In this document: piece by piece, positions 12,230 through 23,772 of the stretch
How positions within the stretch are numbered: position 1 is the stretch's first letter
Layout: the number at the start of each line of letters is the position of its first letter
Assembly: GCA_044892505.1 (NCBI GenBank)
Contig: CM097883.1
Location: 45,570,001-45,634,000, forward strand
Length of the DNA: 64,000 nt
Source of the DNA: Schmidtea nova
Taxonomy: Eukaryota
Direction: 5' to 3'
The notes under the pieces: generated by a model
What the model was told of the DNA's origin: nothing
Database searches by the model: none
What the model saw: only the letters and a program-made list of their open reading frames with translations
Translations under genes and position numbers: made by a program

Positions 12230-13370
12230 GGTTATCTTTCATGCTTAATGATTTTCTTTGCGTATTCAATTCGGTGAGTTATTGTTTGTTCATTTATCAT
12301 TCTTCTGTTAATCTTTGTTATGTTTTAGATTATCATCGGTATCGGCCCACGCCTCTCAGATTTTGGTTCCATCTGAGAAAGTTTTTGTATTGTTATTTAT
12401 TTTTGATTTAATTCTTTTGTTAACTTTCAGGCTTTGATGTGTACTGGAAATATGCCGACTGGTAGGTTATTTTTGCTCAATTATTTGCTTTATTTATAGT
12501 TATTTTATTTGATTTATTTTTATGTTTTATTTTCAGATTGCTTGGCCCAACATTTTGAATTACTTGGTTTAAAATTAGAGTTTAAAATGTTTGCGAAATT
12601 ATTAATTGGCAATGAACTTGACATGTACAAAGCTGGTTTTACTAAAAATAATGCTCTATTGGCCGTGTTCCTATCTATCGTTGGTCGACCTCATCATCAA
12701 GGTTTCTATATTTCTATGTCTATGTCTATTCAATGTGCGCTATCTTTTTGTGTCTCTAGAAGAACAGCTAGATAGGCTTTACCTCATGTATTTGAAGAAT
12801 TAATTAAGCAGGAAGAGACTTAACAGGTCATCTAATGAAAATTATAAGGAGGGACACAGTTTTATAACTACATCCTAAAGAATTTGTCAGAAATATTAAA
12901 AAAATATTATATTTCGCTCTTGATATAAAACTTAAAATGCAATCAAACGTCTATACATCTTAAGAAGAATCTTGTGCAGGATTAAAAATCTAGGAAAAAA
13001 TTTCGACTTGAAATTGGTTCAAGATTACTTTCACAATTATCATTGTTTTCCAGTAGCAGTAAATTGGTTTGATAGAATTCTTGATAACAGCGTAGAATTC
13101 TTAAAGACTTTCAATTATTTTTATGTGATATGATAGATATAGAATTCGGAATTATGGGCACTGAAATTCGAAATGAGTTGAGGGAAAAATCTCTCAAAAA
13201 GTAACAGATTTCAAAAGGATCATGGGAATATTATTTGAAAGAATTAGCAATATAAAATACCTATCTATTAAGGCAAATGTAGACAAATCAATCCGTATTA
13301 TGCTAAATGAACTTGGATAATTCACTGAAAAACTTTTAAGTAGGAAAAATATTTCTATTAAGGATAATAA
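12230..13370 (+). pseudogene. Spliced gene transcribed divergently from the LTR promoter (three short 5' introns), decayed
   Basis: GT..AG introns 12274-12328, 12381-12430 and 12462-12536; ATG 12452 gives MPT/D CLAQHFELLGLKLEF...; later frameshifts and stops; product unrecognised. Confidence 0.55.
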
Positions 13371-13729
13371 TTAAATTTTGTTTTAAATAAATTTACTGTT
13401 TCAATTGAGTGTTGTTAATAAATTTAAATATTAATATACAAAATATTCATTATATTCATTATATTAGAATATTCATTATATTTAGTTACAAGACATTTTC
13501 TGGTGGAAAAAATTTAAAATTTAACAATTGCATTTTCTTAAAATTATTAATTCATTTTTTGATAATAATAATTTTCATTGTCAATTGGAAATAATTTAGA
13601 ATTGAAGGAATCAAGACCTTTTTAAGGTCGAAATATTCATCAAATAACCGTTACGGAGAAATGCTCAACACTTTTACCTTTTTGTATTTTAGTAAGCTCT
13701 GCTAACAAAACAACATAATTTAATAAAAA

Positions 13730-13739
<10 letters not shown>

Positions 13740-13762
<23 letters not shown>

Positions 13763-16505
13763 CAATAATTCTCATAATGACTATAGATCAAAATTTTTTT
13801 TTTATAAACAATAACACAATATTTCGGCACAGCCTTTATCAAGTGTGTATTTCTATCGTTATATTTACTTAATCCTAAATAGTAGCCTTAATTATTTTTT
13901 TAATATTTTATAATGATTTTATTGGATGAAAAAATTTATTTTATTTTAATTTTTTTGTGCGAATTGAATGTTGATGGACGGTTTGTATTTTTTTATGAAA
14001 AAAGTCTCGGAAGCTAATCTTTGTAATGAATTTTTGAATCCCTCTTGTAGGATCTGGCATTTTGTTTCTTCTATAGATGGAGTTGTTTTATGTACTTTTT
14101 CCCAGTGTTCGTAATAATTACTGGTTTTGATTTTAGTATGTTCATTAAGTCGGGTGCGAAAAGTTCTATGTGTTTCTCCTATGTAAGTAGCGTCACATTT
14201 TTGACAAGAAAGTTTATATACTATATTTTTGGAAAAGCAAAAGCATCGGGTTGTGGAACGACAAAGACATTTATGTTTGGAGATGTTGGAAATTGGTGGC
14301 TTTCGGAGTTGTGATTTTAACGGTGCGGAGGTTATGAACGTTGGACGGATGTGGATAGGCAAATCTGTTTGATTAAAAATGTTGGTGATTTTGTTGGCTG
14401 TAGTGTCATTTAGGAAAGGTAATCTTAGATATGTTGTGTGTTTGTTATTGTTATTGTGTTTCTGGCGTTTTCTATTGTTGCGTTTATTGTGGTATGGTTC
14501 GTTAAGGAAGTGTTTCTTTACAAAGTCTTCAGGGTATCCATTTTGGAGGAATCGTATTTTGAAGTTTTCTAATGTTTCTTGTATTTTGTTTGCTTCTGAA
14601 CAGTTTCTTATGGCTCTTTTTCTTTCTCCTATTAGTAATGCGATTTTGCGTTGAAGTGGAACGTGGCTTTTCCATGGGAGGATATGACCGCTATGTAAAC
14701 CTTTAGAATATAGCTCGGTGTTTGCATTTAGTGTATCTTGGCCTTTTGTGAAACTTACCATGGTATCTAAAAACGGTATTTTACCTTCTGTGTTCGGTGT
14801 TTCAAAAGTAAATTGTATGTTGGTGTTAGTAGAATTTGCGTGTGATAGGATTTGATTGAGAGGGATTGTGGAGACTATGAAGATGTCGTCGATGTATCGT
14901 TTCCAGAAAAGTATTTTGTCCCCAAAAAAAGATATGATCTTAGATTCTATAAAGTTCATGTAGAAGATGGCTAAGATGGGAGAAAGGTTATTACCCATGG
15001 CTAATCCATGAATTTGTTTGAATGGTTTTTCTTTAATTATGACAGTATCTGAATTTATTGCTAATTTTAGAAGTTCTATAAAGTCTTGTTTAGTTAAGTC
15101 TGCGAGGTCAGTATTGGCTTTATGAGTTTCAAAGAAAGAAGCTGCGATATCGAAAATGTTATTCTCTCCGTGAAGAGGAATAGATCCGTAAAGATTGGAA
15201 ACGTCAAGAGATCCCCAGAAGTACTGTTGTCCTGAGTTTAACGGAAGAGACGTATTTGTAATTTCGGAGACGAATTCAGTTGTGTTTTTAAGATGAGAAG
15301 GAACCAAAGGCAAAAGTGTTTTTAGAATTTCTGAAAGAACTTTAGAAAGTGTTGTGGAAGGAGTGTCAACTGCAGATACAAGAGGTCTACCTTTTAAAGG
15401 ACTTTTGTGATCTTTAGGTAACATAGTCATATTACTAGGTAAAGGCTCACTGCAGTTGCATTTTAAAAGTAAATCTTTGATTTGAAGGTTAATTTGTTTA
15501 TTTGCAAGTGTTGAAAGTTTCTTATTGTATAAAATCTGAGTCGATGCAGGTAAGATTATTTTGTTTATCGGTTCATAGTTCGAGAGATGTTCTTCAAATA
15601 GAGTATTGTATTGTTCTGTGTCAAGAGCAATTAGTCGATTTGTTTTATCTGATGGAAGAATTGTGAAGTCTTTGGAATTCTTAATTTTCTTTGTTTGAAG
15701 TGAAAGAATTTTGTGTTGAGCAATGTTTTTCAAGAAAGATAATTTGTTCTCTGACTAAAGTTTTGACTTTAGTTTCTAAACAGCTGAGTTTTTCTTCAAG
15801 TTCAGTCGAAAAGACAGGCATATTTGGATATGTTCTACGATTTGGATCCAGAAGATGATTGTGCTTTTCAGCTAAACTTGAAGATTTGGTGGATGAAATT
15901 GGTTTTAGATGGTATCCTATTTGTCTTCTTAGGCTTATAAGAGAGGCGTTAGTGATGATTTCGGCTTTTTCTAAATCTTTCTGGTTAGGTGGAGGAACAA
16001 AAGATGGTCCTAGAGCGAGGATGTTTTCTTGTGTTTTTGAAAAAATGTGATTAGATTTGTTTGTAAATGGAAGAATTGAATTTGAGTGTGAGTTAGTGTC
16101 TTTAGTGTTGTTTGAATTTGTTGAAAGTAGCTTTTCTAATTTTTTATGCTTGCGAATGTCGAGATTTTTGGAGAAATTCTGGCAACAAGTATTATCTTCA
16201 CAAGTAAGAGGAGCACAAGGAAAACTAGTAAATTCGTTTAGCTTTTTGTAACAAGCTGAAATTCTAAGCTTAAGCCATTCTTTTTCCTGTTTTTCTTTAA
16301 GCTTCAATGCTTGTAAAGATGGATAGGTTGATTCCAGTTTGTTGGTAACAGTCAGGCCCACGGGAATGATGTTTCTTCTTTTGCATTCTTTTAAAAAATG
16401 TAAGTGTGATTTGATTTTGATGATTTTGAGACTATAAAATAACGATAGATCTACTCGGTGATGGGCGTCCGCCAATATACTATCATAATTATCTTTTTTC
16501 ACCTT
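13740..16505 (-). mobile_element. Penelope-like element (RT + GIY-YIG), near full length, 2-bp deletion frameshift near 15690
   Basis: ORFs 15681..16514 and 13946..15733; RT motifs SLDVSNLYGSIP, GLAMGNNLSP, RYIDDIF; GIY-YIG NIVYKLSC..C..TYIGET.R...R..EH. Confidence 0.93.
13810..13852 (-). ncRNA. Hammerhead ribozyme variant (mirror copy in the minus-strand pLTR)
   Basis: Reverse complement of 18378-18419. Confidence 0.6.
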
Positions 16506-18510
16506 GCTCAACACAAAATTCTTTCACTTCAAACATAAAGAAAATTAAGAATTCCAAAGACTTCACAATTCTTCCATCAGATAAAACAAATCGACTAATT
16601 GCCCTTGACACAGAACAATACAATACTCTATTTGAAGAACATCTCTCGAACTATGAACCGATAAACAAAATAATCTTACCTGCATCGACTCAGATTTTAT
16701 ACAATAAGAAACTGTCAACACTTGCAAATAAACAAATCAACCTTCAAATCAAAGATTTACTTTTAAAATGCAACTGCAGTGAGCCTTTACCTAGTAATAT
16801 GACTATGTTACCTAAAGATCACAAAAGTCCTTTAAAAGGTAGACCTCTTGTATCTGCAGTTGACACTCCTTCCACAACACTTTCTAAAGTTCTTTCAGAA
16901 ATTCTAAAAACACTTTTGCCTTTGGTTCCTTCTCATCTTAAAAACACAACTGAATTCGTCTCCGAAATTACAAATACGTCTCTTCCGTTAAACTCAGGAC
17001 AACAGTACTTCTGGGGATCTCTTGACGTTTCCAATCTTTACGGATCTATTCCTCTTCACGGAGAGAATAACATTTTCGATATCGCAGCTTCTTTCTTTGA
17101 AACTCATAAAGCCAATACTGACCTCGCAGACTTAACTAAACAAGACTTTATAGAACTTCTAAAATTAGCAATAAATTCAGATACTGTCATAATTAAAGAA
17201 AAACCATTCAAACAAATTCATGGATTAGCCATGGGTAATAACCTTTCTCCCATCTTAGCCATCTTCTACATGAACTTTATAGAATCTAAGATCATATCTT
17301 TTTTTGGGGACAAAATACTTTTCTGGAAACGATACATCGACGACATCTTCATAGTCTCCACAATCCCTCTCAATCAAATCCTATCACACGCAAATTCTAC
17401 TAACACCAACATACAATTTACTTTTGAAACACCGAACACAGAAGGTAAAATACCGTTTTTAGATACCATGGTAAGTTTCACAAAAGGCCAAGATACACTA
17501 AATGCAAACACCGAGCTATATTCTAAAGGTTTACATAGCGGTCATATCCTCCCATGGAAAAGCCACGTTCCACTTCAACGCAAAATCGCATTACTAATAG
17601 GAGAAAGAAAAAGAGCCATAAGAAACTGTTCAGAAGCAAACAAAATACAAGAAACATTAGAAAACTTCAAAATACGATTCCTCCAAAATGGATACCCTGA
17701 AGACTTTGTAAAGAAACACTTCCTTAACGAACCATACCACAATAAACGCAACAATAGAAAACGCCAGAAACACAATAACAATAACAAACACACAACATAT
17801 CTAAGATTACCTTTCCTAAATGACACTACAGCCAACAAAATCACCAACATTTTTAATCAAACAGATTTGCCTATCCACATCCGTCCAACGTTCATAACCT
17901 CCGCACCGTTAAAATCACAACTCCGAAAGCCACCAATTTCCAACATCTCCAAACATAAATGTCTTTGTCGTTCCACAACCCGATGCTTTTGCTTTTCCAA
18001 AAATATAGTATATAAACTTTCTTGTCAAAAATGTGACGCTACTTACATAGGAGAAACACATAGAACTTTTCGCACCCGACTTAATGAACATACTAAAATC
18101 AAAACCAGTAATTATTACGAACACTGGGAAAAAGTACATAAAACAACTCCATCTATAGAAGAAACAAAATGCCAGATCCTACAAGAGGGATTCAAAAATT
18201 CATTACAAAGATTAGCTTCCGAGACTTTTTTCATAAAAAAATACAAACCGTCCATCAACATTCAATTCGCACAAAAAAATTAAAATAAAATAAATTTTTT
18301 CATCCAATAAAATCATTATAAAATATTAAAAAAATAATTAAGGCTACTATTTAGGATTAAGTAAATATAACGATAGAAATACACACTTGATAAAGGCTGT
18401 GCCGAAATATTGTGTTATTGTTTATAAAAAAAAATTTTTGATCTATAGTCATTATGAGAATTATTGATAATAATAATAAAAAAAGATCAAAGGTGAAAAA
18501 AGATAATTAT
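16504..18510 (+). mobile_element. Inverted, 5'-truncated second Penelope-like copy ending in a pLTR
   Basis: Reverse complement of ~13740-15722; ORF open to 18283; pLTR contains ATG 18454 (MRIIDNNNKKRSKVKKDNY), which is the missing start of the minus-strand ORF. Confidence 0.93.
18378..18419 (+). ncRNA. Minimal type I hammerhead ribozyme, U3-A8 core variant
   Basis: aatacacac-TTGATAA-a-ggc tgt gcc-GAA-ATAT-T-gtgt tatt: core, 3-bp stem II, palindromic stem III, AUU cleavage triplet, stem I; ~35 nt upstream of the PLE ATG. Confidence 0.6.
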
Positions 18511-18526
18511 GATAATAATAATAATG

Positions 18527-18561
<35 letters not shown>

Positions 18562-18955
18562 TTTATATACAATTTATTTTCCGTTTATAGAAAAATTCGA
18601 GTTCGGGATTTTATTGTTGCAAAATATTTTTTGTGCGTATGAAATGTCACGAAAAAAGTGTTTATTATATGATAAGTTGCTTTTGGTCTAGTTTTTGATC
18701 AGTCTAATATTTTAAATGTTCATTTCGCCATTAAACAATTGATTAAATTGGAGCACTAATAGTGAATCGTGAATTCTGCGATAAATTACTGTTTTATAAA
18801 AATTTGAGTCATATTAGGTAGAAAATGTTTATAATGCCAATAAAACAGACATATCTTGCAAGTTATTTCCCTCGAATAGTGTGTGTAGATTAACAAGAAA
18901 TAGCATAAATTAATATTTCAAATCAGTTCTTATTGAAATTGAATTTTGCTTTGTC

Positions 18956-19218
18956 GTCTGGACTGAATAATTGACCAAATGGTCCAGCTCTCACAGAATT
19001 CATAGTTCCTTGTTCCAAATCAATCAGAACTGCTCGGGGAACTTACTTTTCACCAGTAGCCTCCTTATAATATACATTAATTATTTCTAGTTGCAAATCG
19101 GAATCTCTGTGGTATGTACCAGTTGGATCAATACCATGCTCATCATAAATAACTTCCTAAAACTTGGCACCAATTTGGTTATCACAAAGACCAGCTTGCG
19201 AAAATGGAATTTCCACAT
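18956..19218 (-). pseudogene. TUBB: Beta-tubulin 5' fragment (about codons 1-88)
   Basis: Manual translation: [84 protein letters not shown]; two stops plus a frameshift after the ATG; no introns; not in the ORF track. Confidence 0.92.
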
Positions 19219-19630
19219 TATACAAAGACATAGAAGCCACTCGTATTGACTGAATTTCGGGGCTATGGTAAAAAAGTTCCCCCAAATTGGAAGCAACGGA
19301 AATTGGAGGAATAATGTCAGATAGATCGTGCAACGAATACGTCAGTGTCGATGCATTCTGTAAGTCTGAAAAGTTTTTGAATTCAACATGATGAATTAAT
19401 ATTAATATCGCAATTAATATCGCAATTCATTAATGTTGTTGAAAATTCATTGTAAATATCATTGTCAGCAAAAAATATCGACAAGTTGCTTTCTTTTTTA
19501 ATGCCAGATGAATCAATGAGAACTGTTTGCGTATTGAGAATTTCTGAATTCTCGACAAAAAAGTCTATTATTTTAAAAGTTCTTCTGTGAAAGGGACATC
19601 TTTATTCATTGACAGTTAATATTGGACCAG

Positions 19631-20810
19631 TTTGTCAAAAGATTGTCCAAACCAAAAAGATACTTGTCGAAGATATCAGAATCCTCTCACAGAAATCAAA
19701 GACAGGCCATACCTTCATGGAGTGGCCCATCTCATAGAAGATAAAGACTTCATTCCAAAATCAGAATGGATGACCACAACAAGGGAATCAAATCCCATCC
19801 CAATCAAATCACAGAATACAAGAAATCAGATGAAACGAAAATCATGTTTAACAAACTAAATGTAGAAAGATTCACGAAACAACCAATCACAAAGGAACTA
19901 TTCCAATCCATCAGAAGATTCTTCCTCACCTCAATCAAATACAGCTTCAAAAATCCTAACCATAGGAATATAACATATGAAATAATGGATGCTATTATTC
20001 ATCAAACCGAATCAGGCAACAAATTCAATATGATAGAAATATCTAAGAAAATGCTTGCCCATCAAAATTGGCTCCTTAACCTCAAAGGTAATCCAAAACA
20101 GCCAATCTTAAAAAATGAAGATTCTAAACATCTAGAAACAATCAGAGATATTGTGAACCAATATCCATTTGAAAATCAAGAAGAACAAACCAGAATTGCC
20201 AACTTTTTCCAATATTACATCCACAGGAATATTATTGGAATTGCAAAATCATATAAATTCCAAAAGACAATAACTCTTTTATCAAAAAGAAAATCACCAG
20301 AACAACCAATCAAAGATCCAATTCAGAATCCTAAAAATGATCCAAATCCACAAGAAACAACAGATATCCAGGAAAAAGATAAAGAACAAATCATCATAAA
20401 TTCCCAAGTACCTATCATAGAAAACTCAGTGAACTATATCCCAAATACAAAAAGAAAACCAAGGAAACGTGCAGAACTTCACAAATAATCCAATAATCAA
20501 AGTCAAATACATATTCAAAGATGATAATGAAACATCCACACAATCTCAAATGAAATATCCTATGAACCTCAATCATATATCCTTCAAAGATAACCAAGAA
20601 CCAATCAAATATATCCCAGAAGAAAACCATCCAAAGAAACAATCAAATCTACAATCAAAGAACCAAAAGAAAGAGATAATTGCGGGAAACTCTATAAAAT
20701 CCCGCACCTGCTCCTTCCTTCTTCCAGTGGTAGGGGGACGCCCGTTCACAGGAAGAACCTACCAATGTCTTTGCATGCACGGTCATGCCTCGCTCTCTTC
20801 CAATAATAAT
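19631..20810 (+). other. Unidentified A/C-rich decayed coding segment (ORFs 19766..20488 and 20469..20828), probable TE remnant
   Basis: Long overlapping ORFs with strong A/C bias, sharply different from the flanks; no recognisable motif. Confidence 0.35.
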
Positions 20811-21089
20811 TTATTGACTTTCAATTAGTTTAGCTTGTTCAAATATATTTTCTTTGTTTGATGCTTCATAAAGCTTTTTGATTCTATCAATACGCATTTC
20901 ATATCTTGCAATTTCATCTGGCAACAGCTTCAGTTTAGTATTATCGGTTATTTCTTTTAACATAGTTTCACAATTAAAGATAAAATGTTTAGCTTGCCAT
21001 AGATCCGATGATTTATCTTGTGATATTGTACTTTCAATTTTATAAAGTAAACGATTTAGATTTATTTCAACTTTGAATTTACTCATCAT
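20811..21089 (-). pseudogene. USE1: N-terminal fragment of ER SNARE USE1-like protein
   Basis: KVEINLNRLLYKIE...DLWQAKHF...ETMLKEI...EIARYEMRIDRIK aligns by eye with the recalled USE1 N-terminus (RLELNLVRLLSRCE..DEWRLEKY..EDML..INEYSWKVDFLK); ends abruptly at the 19631-20810 segment. Confidence 0.65.
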
Positions 21090-22199
21090 AAATTATTAAA
21101 AAGTTTATAACCGCAAAATAATTATTTTAAAATTTTTTTTAAACACAACTTTTCACAAAATCACACAATTTTTTATTTAAATTTTTAAAAAACCCAATTC
21201 CCAAAATTCATTAATTTGATTCCAAATCAAAATTCAAAATGTTTTTTAAACCAATTCAAAAAAAATGTTTTTAATTTTAATTATTTTCTTACAAATTAAA
21301 ATGGTCCTTCAATCCCTCAAAGTTATTCAAATCCCATAAATCTTTAACTTAATGAAAATTATTTTAATTTAATTTTAATATGATCGCGCCTAGTGCGACC
21401 AACCGTACTTTTTTTACTCTATAATATTTTACTCTAAAATCTTTAGATCAAGAGATAATCAAGACAAAGAAAACCAAATTTAATAGAATTAATTGAAGGA
21501 AGATATTTATGAGTGTTATAGGAAAACTAAAATTAAAAATTAGATTTTGTTTTGATCAATGTTATAGAATGAAATTAAATCTGATACTATAAAAGATTGT
21601 TTTTACTAATGAATATTAGAATGCAACGAGTTATTGTTCCAAGAATTTTTGAGTCAATAGTCAACCCTAATTTTATGAAGAAACACGATTTGAAAAAATA
21701 AACCTACGTGGAAATGATCGTCATTCGTTCGTAAAATCGAAATTACGATACGATTTCATTCTAAAGACTTCGGATAAAAGAAAGTTCCACTCAAATACCA
21801 GAAATTTGAGATATTTACCAACGTTACGTACTTAGTAGCCGTAAAATCAATGATTGATCAGGAAAATTATTGAGTCGTATTTTATTTATAGTTATTATTT
21901 TAAATGAATATTGCTGAAAATCATGATTAAAAGAGATTCTAGTATAATGTGAGTTTATATTTATTTTTTCTCGTTTAGTAAAGGTATAAAAAATTACGTG
22001 CCTTGTTTTCGTATTTCCTGTCATTTAAACATAAGTATTCTTTTTATTTTATTCATTATAATTTTCCAACTCCCATTACGATCTTGGAAAAACCTTACGA
22101 CAATTTCTGTATTTTATTTATCATGATTGACCAGAAAACCAGAAATCTTCATTGAACAAATTCCCTGTTAAAAAATTATCTGATATATTTCAACTACTA

Positions 22200-23772
22200 T
22201 CACCCAGTAGTGCGGATAACTAAAGGGATTCGGGAGGGGAGTGCACATACGGAGAGTTGACAAATAGATGAGCCAGTCAGGCGATTCATATGCACAGAAG
22301 TACTAGAAACAAACCGAAACGACACTAATTCCGTACATACTATAACATGCATAGAATTTTTGTAAAACAATGATCAGGTTAAACACGAATTGGGTGAGCT
22401 GCGGATATGTTAACAAGTAATACACGTAGGAATCGAGGAAACGACGGGGAGAAATCGAGTTGCGAAACACAATTCATTAACCCTTCCCGAGGCACAATTG
22501 GTATTGATGTCTAAGGCATGAATGTCGGAGATAAATTGAGTAATGTGAGAATAGTGAATGAATGATGTCAAGTAGTAAATAGGTTGGGGTGATGTCTGAA
22601 ATGAGGAGCCAGAGTGTGCGGTTTGAAAATGAGTTTCTTGAGGTCAGTGACATGAGAGTGGAATGGATTGAATGGATTGAATGCAGTAATGTTGAGTATG
22701 AGGGGTATGGAGATGGTTTGGTCAAATAACTTTTATAATTTCAGTATATTAAAATGAAAAGAAATACGTCAACTTTGAGGAATAGCCACCGTCGTGGGAA
22801 CAGTAAAACTAGCGGTTCGAGGTCGCAGCTGACTCCATCGGTTCTGGATCTCATCCAATCTAAGGCTGACAGATGTGTCCGTCACTGGAGGAGGGAGTTT
22901 CCCAAAACCGAACTTAGTAATGCCGAGGATCACTTCGAAATGAGAGTCAGGTGGGAAGGAGACCTATCCTGGCCACTCTGAGATCCAGCTCCGAGAATCC
23001 TAGCACGTCAGTGGTTCATTGAATTTCAAGATCAAGCCGGATTACCCAGGTGGATATTACTATTTCAACCTATTCCAGGACGAATCTTGCAATAGCTGGG
23101 ATATATACTATTGGATCGACCCCGGAGTATCGTCACGGGAGAAATGATGCTTTACCCAAATCCACCATGGATCTTCAAGGAGGAATGGAGAAATGAAGTG
23201 CCGTGGACTTCGGCAGTCCAATTCCGAGAAATTTTCATCTATAACGACAACCTATGCTGGAAGCCAAATCCAGAGTTCTATTGGCCAACTGGAATCCGGA
23301 AAGAGGACAGTCCCTGTAACAAGGACTGGATCGACATGGAATTGATTTAATTCGAACTTATGTGGGATAAAAAATTGAAAATAAACTGGTCGTAGTGTCT
23401 CATTTCGTCTTAATTTGATGTTGTATGTTGAATTAGAAAGTGTGTCTGGAGAATGTAACCATGAAAGTTTGATCTGGTTTATGGGGAGTAGTAGGGAATT
23501 TCTGAGTTGATACATAGACGATCTAGAAAAGGCTGATGGTAACTCAAATTTAAATTTGTAGATGGATAAACTAGCGAAATACGTAAACGCCGATGAGACT
23601 CGACATCTACGTAGACGCATTCACCTCTTGGAAGGAAAAATTAGTCGTAAACGTTAGAGCTCGGCGAGCTGAAAAGGGCCTGATTTAGCCCCGAAAAGAT
23701 GAAAGAAGTGCACAAGAGTCGAGATAGAGCCGAGAAAGCCTTAGAGGAGCGGCCCGAGAGACAGCGGCAGTC
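22200..23772 (+). mobile_element. Diverged LTR-like unit D (RWEG pseudogene 22754..23350; ORF2 remnant ~23560-23772)
   Basis: RVRWEGDLSW.*...WFIEF...PRWILL...LGYILLDRPR..TGE..Y.NPP...WKPNPEFY; LKRA*FSPEKMKEVHKSRDRAEK matches IKATWFNPERVKTILQARYRAER of 33175..33810. Confidence 0.75.

Larger units (their letters stand above)
10300..13370 (-). mobile_element. Diverged LTR-like unit A related to the giant element's 5' LTR region
   Basis: Shares CCAAT (12199), TATAAATA (12170-12177), splice donor (12055), structured motif (11908-11990), RWEG ORF and antisense intron pattern with 30913-33055. Boundaries approximate. Confidence 0.7.
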
